Source: a virus. Taken from it: a stretch of DNA of 64,000 nucleotides. The stretch lies in IMG/VR virus record IMGVR_UViG_3300011115_001056, positions 32,001 through 96,000 of that record; one strand, written 5' to 3'. Under the pieces are notes generated by a model, which worked only from the letters and a program-made list of their open reading frames with translations, searched no databases and was not told the DNA's origin. The position numbers and the translations under genes were made by a program. Below are positions 59,075 through 64,000 of this stretch, in pieces (the stretch's first letter is position 1; each line of letters opens with the position of its first letter).

Positions 59075-59818
59075 ATGAAAGGAATAATTCTTGCAGGAGG
59101 GACCGGATCTAGACTGCTTCCATTAACAAAAGTAACTAATAAGCACCTACTTCCAGTCTACAATAAGCCAATGATCTATTATCCTATTGAGTTTTTAAGA
59201 GACTCTGGAATAACAGATCTCATGATTATACTTGGTGGAAACTCTGTTGGAGATTTTGTAAATCTACTTGGAGATGGCGCACAACTTGGTGTCTCAATAA
59301 CCTATAGGTATCAATACAAGGCCGATGGTATCGCCGGAGCATTAAAGCTTGCCGCTGACTTTTGTGGAAATGAGCCTTTTGCGGTATGCCTTGGTGATAA
59401 CATATTTGGATCTCCGATTGATAATCTATCAGGTAGCGTTCAGAGGTTAGGCGAAAAGGAACTTCCATCTGCAGTAATATGTATTCATCCTACTGATAAA
59501 CCAAGTAGCTTTGGTGTGCCATCTTTTGATGGTGATAATATTATTAAGATAACAGAAAAACCAGAAAATCCAGACTCAAACTATGCAGTTACTGGATTAT
59601 ATCTTTATGATAGAAATATCTGGTCTATGATTGAATCTCTTGAGCCAAGTGCAAGGGGTGAGCTGGAAATAACAGATATTAATAATTGGTATATTAACAA
59701 TGGGTCTTTGGAGTATATTAAACTAAAGTCCTGGTGGAATGACGCAGGATCTATATCATCTTTGTTTAAAGTTAGTCAGTTAGTTATGGAAAAAGAAACA
59801 AATGTCATTAAAGAATAA
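59075..59818 (+). CDS. rmlA: Glucose-1-phosphate thymidylyltransferase (short form)
   Basis: MKGIILAGGTGSRLLPLT..NKHLLPVYNKPMIYYP, LGDNIF, EKP, VTGLYLYD, PSARGELEITD, WWNDAG. Confidence 0.92.
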   Translation: MKGIILAGGTGSRLLPLTKVTNKHLLPVYNKPMIYYPIEFLRDSGITDLMIILGGNSVGDFVNLLGDGAQLGVSITYRYQYKADGIAGALKLAADFCGNEPFAVCLGDNIFGSPIDNLSGSVQRLGEKELPSAVICIHPTDKPSSFGVPSFDGDNIIKITEKPENPDSNYAVTGLYLYDRNIWSMIESLEPSARGELEITDINNWYINNGSLEYIKLKSWWNDAGSISSLFKVSQLVMEKETNVIKE

Positions 59819-60749
59819 AAAAGTAATACTGACTGGTGGATGCGGATTCATAGGTAATACTATGTCTCAAATGTTACATCATAGTGAGCTAAATGATCTT
59901 GTTGTAGTCGATAAAATCTCATATGTTTCAAATGATAGATTTCATTATGAAAATAAAATAAAAGTATTAAAAGAAGATATTCAATCTTTAAGTATTTTTA
60001 AGTTTATAAAAGACTATAAGCCAGATGTCATAATCAATATGGCGGCAGAATCGCATGTTGATGTTTCAATTAAAAATCCAAATATCTTTCTTGAGTCAAA
60101 TGTATGCGGAACAATGAATCTTTTGAATGCAGCACTCACATTGGAAACGGCACCGATCTTTGTTCAGATATCAACAGATGAGGTCTATGGCGACGTTTCT
60201 GAGGGCTGGAGTAAGGAATGCGACCCGAGGGTAACCTCATCACCTTACTCTGCCTCAAAAGCCTCAGCAGAGCTTTTTGTTGAGTCCTATGGGAGAACAT
60301 ATGGACTTCCATATTTTATAACAAGATCTTCAAATAATTATGGTCCATATCAAAACGAAGAAAAGTTAATTCCAAAAATAATAAATAATATACTTGCCGG
60401 AAAAAAGATTCCAGTCTATGGAGACGGAAGGCAGGAAAGGGATTGGATTTATGTTGATGATAATTGTTCCGCAATACTTCATCTGATAAACGAATATAAT
60501 GGCAGTGATATATATAACGTTGGTGGACTTGAGACAACAAATAATTTAGAAATTATTAAACAAATTTGTTCAATAATGAATAAAAATGAGGATGATTTTA
60601 TAGAATTTGTTAAAGATAGACCAGGTCATGATAGAAGATATGCAATAAGCATTGACAAAATAAAGAGCAAGTCTGACTGGAAACCAACTACAGATCTTAA
60701 GACTGGACTGATAAAAACTATAGACTGGATTTCTTCTAGAAATGTATAA
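59802..60749 (+). CDS. rmlB: dTDP-glucose 4,6-dehydratase
   Basis: TGGCGFIG, AAESHVD, ISTDEVYG, PYSASKA, SNNYGPYQ..EKLIP, RDWIYVDD, DRPGHDRRYA. Confidence 0.95.
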   Translation: MSLKNKKVILTGGCGFIGNTMSQMLHHSELNDLVVVDKISYVSNDRFHYENKIKVLKEDIQSLSIFKFIKDYKPDVIINMAAESHVDVSIKNPNIFLESNVCGTMNLLNAALTLETAPIFVQISTDEVYGDVSEGWSKECDPRVTSSPYSASKASAELFVESYGRTYGLPYFITRSSNNYGPYQNEEKLIPKIINNILAGKKIPVYGDGRQERDWIYVDDNCSAILHLINEYNGSDIYNVGGLETTNNLEIIKQICSIMNKNEDDFIEFVKDRPGHDRRYAISIDKIKSKSDWKPTTDLKTGLIKTIDWISSRNV

Positions 60750-61428
60750 TTTATTAATTGGAGCATCAGGACTTTTGGGTTCTAATTTAAAAATAGACTC
60801 TTTAAGACCGAGTAGTTTTGAATTAAATATATTATCAGATGAATCAGTTTTATCATATTTTAATTTAATTGATGAGCCAAAAAATATAATACTATCAGCA
60901 GCATACACAAATGTTATTGGTGCAAATTCTGATAAAAAATCTGCATATAATTTAAATGTTTTAGCTGTGCAAAGAATATGCAAATTTTTAAATAAATTAT
61001 ACTTAGGAAGACCAAGGTTAGTATATATCTCCACTGATTATGTCTTTGATGGTTTAATAGGATCTTATAAAGCCGATGATCCAATTAATCCGGTTCAAAA
61101 TAATTATTATGCCTTAACAAAAGCCTTAGGAGAATCTTCGGCTACAACTTATGAAAATCATTGTATTATAAGAACTTCTTTCTGTAAATCAAATATTTGG
61201 CCATATGAATTTGCGTTTGAAGATCAGTTTACATCAAGAGATCAGGTAAATGTAATTGCACCAATGATTGACAAAAAGATAAACAGCTCTAATGTTGGAA
61301 TTTTTCATATTGGAACTAAAAGAAAGTCTGTCTTTGAGCTTGCAAAGACAATAAAAGAAGATGTAAAACCATCTTCAAGACTACTAATAAAAAATGTAAC
61401 TATACCATATGACACGAGCCTAATATGA
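60742..61428 (+). CDS. rmlD: dTDP-4-dehydrorhamnose reductase-like SDR (short, 228 aa)
   Basis: GASGLLG, AAYTNV, YISTDYVFDG, YYALTKALGE, IIRTSF. Confidence 0.8.
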   Translation: MYNLLIGASGLLGSNLKIDSLRPSSFELNILSDESVLSYFNLIDEPKNIILSAAYTNVIGANSDKKSAYNLNVLAVQRICKFLNKLYLGRPRLVYISTDYVFDGLIGSYKADDPINPVQNNYYALTKALGESSATTYENHCIIRTSFCKSNIWPYEFAFEDQFTSRDQVNVIAPMIDKKINSSNVGIFHIGTKRKSVFELAKTIKEDVKPSSRLLIKNVTIPYDTSLI

Positions 61429-61847
61429 AAGAACCAAAATTAAGAAATATAAAAGCATTTTGTGACAGCAGGGGTTTCTCATTCTTCAATATTTTTGGAA
61501 AAGTGACTGACGGCCAAATTAACCTTGGAAATCTACATCCAGGCGTTGTTAAGGCATTTCATTATCATAACCATCAATATGATTATTGGTTTTGCCTAAA
61601 AGGAGACATAAGGGTTATTTGCATCTCTCCAGATAAGCAGATTGTAAAAAACTTCTATATTGGAGAGCATAACCCATCAGTTCTTGATATACCTCCAGGA
61701 TGGCTGCACGGATACAAGAATGTCTCAAATGATATTAGCACATTACTCTATTGGGTAACAAATGAATATAACCCAGAAAATCCTGACGAAGAAAGAGTTT
61801 CTTGGGATTTTCTGGGAAAAGATTTGTGGGAACCAGAAAATAAATAA
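61425..61847 (+). CDS. rmlC: dTDP-4-dehydrorhamnose 3,5-epimerase-like cupin
   Basis: FCDSRGF, PGVVKAFHYH, IPPGWLHGYKN, YWVTNEYNPENPDE. Confidence 0.8.
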   Translation: MKEPKLRNIKAFCDSRGFSFFNIFGKVTDGQINLGNLHPGVVKAFHYHNHQYDYWFCLKGDIRVICISPDKQIVKNFYIGEHNPSVLDIPPGWLHGYKNVSNDISTLLYWVTNEYNPENPDEERVSWDFLGKDLWEPENK

Positions 61848-62369
61848 TTATCCTGGTTTAACTCCAGACATTTTAAGTGATATTCTTCCTCCTAAATGCT
61901 TTTCCCAAAACTCATCATGTCCATCATATACGTCATGAGTAAAATCATTTATATTTATAAAACCATTTGCATTAAAGACTTCTTTTAGCATTTGATGATT
62001 GTAAAGTCTTTTATGTGCGTAATTATAAGTTAATGAATTTTCCGCTTCCGATCCATAGATCGGACCCTGTGTGATGAATGGGTTATTTAAATAAGCCCGA
62101 CATATGACATCTCCATTTGGAACGTGAATTTTAAAAATTCCTCCGGGAGCCAAGCACCTAAAGACTTCTGAAAATACATTATTTACTACAGATGAATCAA
62201 AGTGCTCTATAACATGCATTGCTAATACTTCAGAATACTTGTTTGATTCAATTGGCCACTCTTTTGTTAGTGACATATCAAAGCAATATGGCTTTCCATA
62301 TTCTTTCTGATAGTCAATAAAGTCATATCCCTCTGATCCTACTGAACCAGGGCCTAGCTCTAATTTCAT
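61848..62369 (-). CDS. SAM-dependent methyltransferase (type 11-like)
   Basis: MKLELGPG, AMHVIEHF, FRCLAPGGIFKIHVP; GGAGG RBS on the minus strand (CCTCC at 62374-62378); only credible minus-strand gene in the window. Confidence 0.82.
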   Translation of the reverse strand: MKLELGPGSVGSEGYDFIDYQKEYGKPYCFDMSLTKEWPIESNKYSEVLAMHVIEHFDSSVVNNVFSEVFRCLAPGGIFKIHVPNGDVICRAYLNNPFITQGPIYGSEAENSLTYNYAHKRLYNHQMLKEVFNANGFININDFTHDVYDGHDEFWEKHLGGRISLKMSGVKPG

Positions 62370-62392
62370 AATACCTCCATAAATTGTACTGG

Positions 62393-62412
62393 CTATTAAT
62401 ATTAATTATACT
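62393..62412. promoter_or_regulatory. Divergent promoter region between the methyltransferase and glmS
   Basis: CTATTAAT (+, 62393-62400), palindrome ATTAATATTAAT (62395-62406) and AGTATAAT on the minus strand (62405-62412) overlap in a 58-nt gap with an RBS on each side. Confidence 0.5.
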
Positions 62413-62427
62413 GCTGATGGAGTAATT

Positions 62428-64000
62428 ATGTGTGGCATAGTAGGAATCCTAGGTAAAAAAGATTTTTATGGAGAGCTTAAAGAGCTTCTCTCAAACATTT
62501 CATATCGAGGTTATGACAGCTGCGGTATGAGCATAGTTCATCAAGATCGGTTTGACATTGTCAAGGTTGTCGGACATCCTGAGGCAATGCCGGATGGAGT
62601 CCAAACTGGCGATTCTATTGTTGGATTTGGTCATGATCGTTGGGCATCTCATGGTGGTATCACTGAGGAGAATGCTCACCCTCATCTCTCTAATGATAAA
62701 AAGATTTCTGTAGTTCACAATGGAATTATAGAAAACTATACTGAATTAAGAACATTCTTAATCTCTAATGGATATACTTTTTATTCCGAAACAGATACCG
62801 AAGTAATTCCAAATCTTATTCAATATTGGTATGCTAAGTGTGGAGACATTGAAAAAACACTTAATACGGTTTTCTCAGAGCTAAAGGGAGCCTATGCTTT
62901 TGTTATGGCTCATTTAGATCATCCAAATAAACTTTTTCTTGCCAGACTCGGATCCCCACTTTGTATTGGTGTTGATTCTGGGACTTTTTATATTTCGTCT
63001 GATATTCCCTCCCTTCCTTATTTTATTAAGAAGACTGTTGTACTTGAAAATAATAGGTATGCTATTCTTGAGCCTGGCAAGAATATTTTAATCAAAAACT
63101 TCTCTGGTGTTAATTCTACATTTTCTTTTGAGGAGCTATCTGCCGTTCAATCAACCTATACCAAGGATGGCTATAAGTATTTCCTTGAAAAAGAAATCTT
63201 TGAGCAACCAGACTATATAAGAACAACCCTGGCAGGAAGGGTTAATCCGCAGGCCGAAATTATTAAGCTTGGAGGAATTGAATCGCACCTTTTTAAGCTG
63301 CTAAAGACCGATGAGTTTATCTTTACTGGCTGTGGCTCTGCCTTCTATGCTTCGCAAGTTGGCTCCTATGCTATGGAATCTCTTGCTAGAGTTAAGTCCA
63401 AAGCCATTTCTGCCGGAGAGCTTCAATATTATGATGTTATTGCTGGAGAAAGAACCTCATTAGTGTGCGTAACTCAATCTGGAGAAACTGCAGATACTAT
63501 TGGCTGCATTAACAACTTTAAAAAGAAAGGCTCCAGCACCATAGGGATCGTAAATGTTGTTTCTTCCACTATCTCTAGAATGGTAGATTGCGGAATCTAC
63601 ATTCGTTCTGGAAAAGAAGCCTCTGTTGCCTCAACAAAATCTGTAACAAATCAGATTTTAAATATGATACTTATGGCAGCAATGTTAGGATCAAAGGGAA
63701 CAATGCCTACTAGTCAGTACCTCAGTCTGATAAATGAGCTTTATAGTCTTCCTGATAAGGTGGCAAAGATATTGCTAAAGTCTGATGATATTAGGACAAT
63801 TTGCGAGATCTATAAAGATAGAGAATCATTGTTGGTGATAGGAAGAGATAAGCTGGAGCCAATAGCAAAAGAATATGCCTTAAAGATTAAAGAGATTAGT
63901 TACATTCATGCCGAAGGATATTCTGGTTCTGAGCTAAAGCATGGTCCTCTTGCCCTTATTAATGCCGATAGGCCTACCATCGCCTTGGTTGAGAATAATA
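62428..64000 (+). CDS. glmS: Glutamine--fructose-6-phosphate aminotransferase (3'-truncated by window edge; absent from the ORF track)
   Basis: Starts MCGIVG (catalytic Cys2), YRGYDSCG, GHDRWASHG, HNGIIEN, SETDTEV, TQSGETADT, ALKIKEISYIHAEG..ELKHGPLALI; GGAG RBS at 62419; these motifs lie in one frame running to the window end. Confidence 0.95.
   Translation, partial: MCGIVGILGKKDFYGELKELLSNISYRGYDSCGMSIVHQDRFDIVKVVGHPEAMPDGVQTGDSIVGFGHDRWASHGGITEENAHPHLSNDKKISVVHNGIIENYTELRTFLISNGYTFYSETDTEVIPNLIQYWYAKCGDIEKTLNTVFSELKGAYAFVMAHLDHPNKLFLARLGSPLCIGVDSGTFYISSDIPSLPYFIKKTVVLENNRYAILEPGKNILIKNFSGVNSTFSFEELSAVQSTYTKDGYKYFLEKEIFEQPDYIRTTLAGRVNPQAEIIKLGGIESHLFKLLKTDEFIFTGCGSAFYASQVGSYAMESLARVKSKAISAGELQYYDVIAGERTSLVCVTQSGETADTIGCINNFKKKGSSTIGIVNVVSSTISRMVDCGIYIRSGKEASVASTKSVTNQILNMILMAAMLGSKGTMPTSQYLSLINELYSLPDKVAKILLKSDDIRTICEIYKDRESLLVIGRDKLEPIAKEYALKIKEISYIHAEGYSGSELKHGPLALINADRPTIALVENN

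Noticed and set aside
62370-62427. glmS ribozyme/riboswitch upstream of glmS
   Set aside because: The intergenic gap is only 58 nt, is shared with a divergent gene and shows no ribozyme-like structure.
69-62718. Dozens of 60-155-aa ORFs on the minus strand or in alternate frames in the ORF track
   Set aside because: They lie wholly or largely within long, motif-bearing + strand genes, lack recognisable motifs, and look like antisense shadows; only 61848..62369 has independent support.
1-64000. Stop-codon reassignment (alternative genetic code) as in some large phages
   Set aside because: Genes up to 9.5 kb are uninterrupted in the standard code, and TAA, TAG and TGA all end genes at sensible boundaries.
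1-64000. CRISPR array, tRNA/rRNA genes, DGR repeats or inteins
   Set aside because: Intergenic gaps are about 100 nt or less, and I saw no regularly spaced repeats, cloverleafs, reverse transcriptase or intein splice motifs by eye; a computational scan would be needed to exclude subtle cases.

Overview
AT-rich segment, almost entirely + strand and densely coding, that reads as part of a large (jumbo-like) myovirus genome. No capsid, terminase or replication genes fall inside the window, so a prophage or unusual contractile injection system cannot be formally excluded. Bases 1-47.5 kb hold a contractile-tail morphogenesis module in canonical order: beta-helix fibre-like protein (5'-truncated), putative tail terminator, 1085-aa sheath, free-standing Zn-ribbon/NUMOD3/HNH endonuclease, tube, assembly chaperone with a -1 frameshift signal, 634-aa tape measure, tube initiator, hub, spike, gp25, baseplate J, a 3164-aa gpI/gp7-like LamG protein and a dockerin-bearing fibre. 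Most baseplate parts are inflated by domain insertions. Directly downstream (47.5-64 kb) is an apparently soluble glycan-building island: six glycosyltransferases, two pairs of proteins sharing unrecognised domains, two methyltransferases, a WecE aminotransferase plus N-formyltransferase, RmlA/B/D/C and GlmS, with no flippase, polymerase or lipid-carrier transferase visible. The best candidate for a new system is a phage-encoded virion glycosylation pathway with its own sugar-nucleotide supply and adaptor proteins. Other signals read directly from the DNA are a perfect 17-bp hairpin that buries the HNH start codon with a -10-like box in its loop, the frameshift heptamers plus stimulatory hairpin, and two recurring intergenic motifs (AGTATAAT, CTAYTAAT), several positioned for leaderless mRNAs. 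All product calls come from motif recognition and synteny, not database searches.
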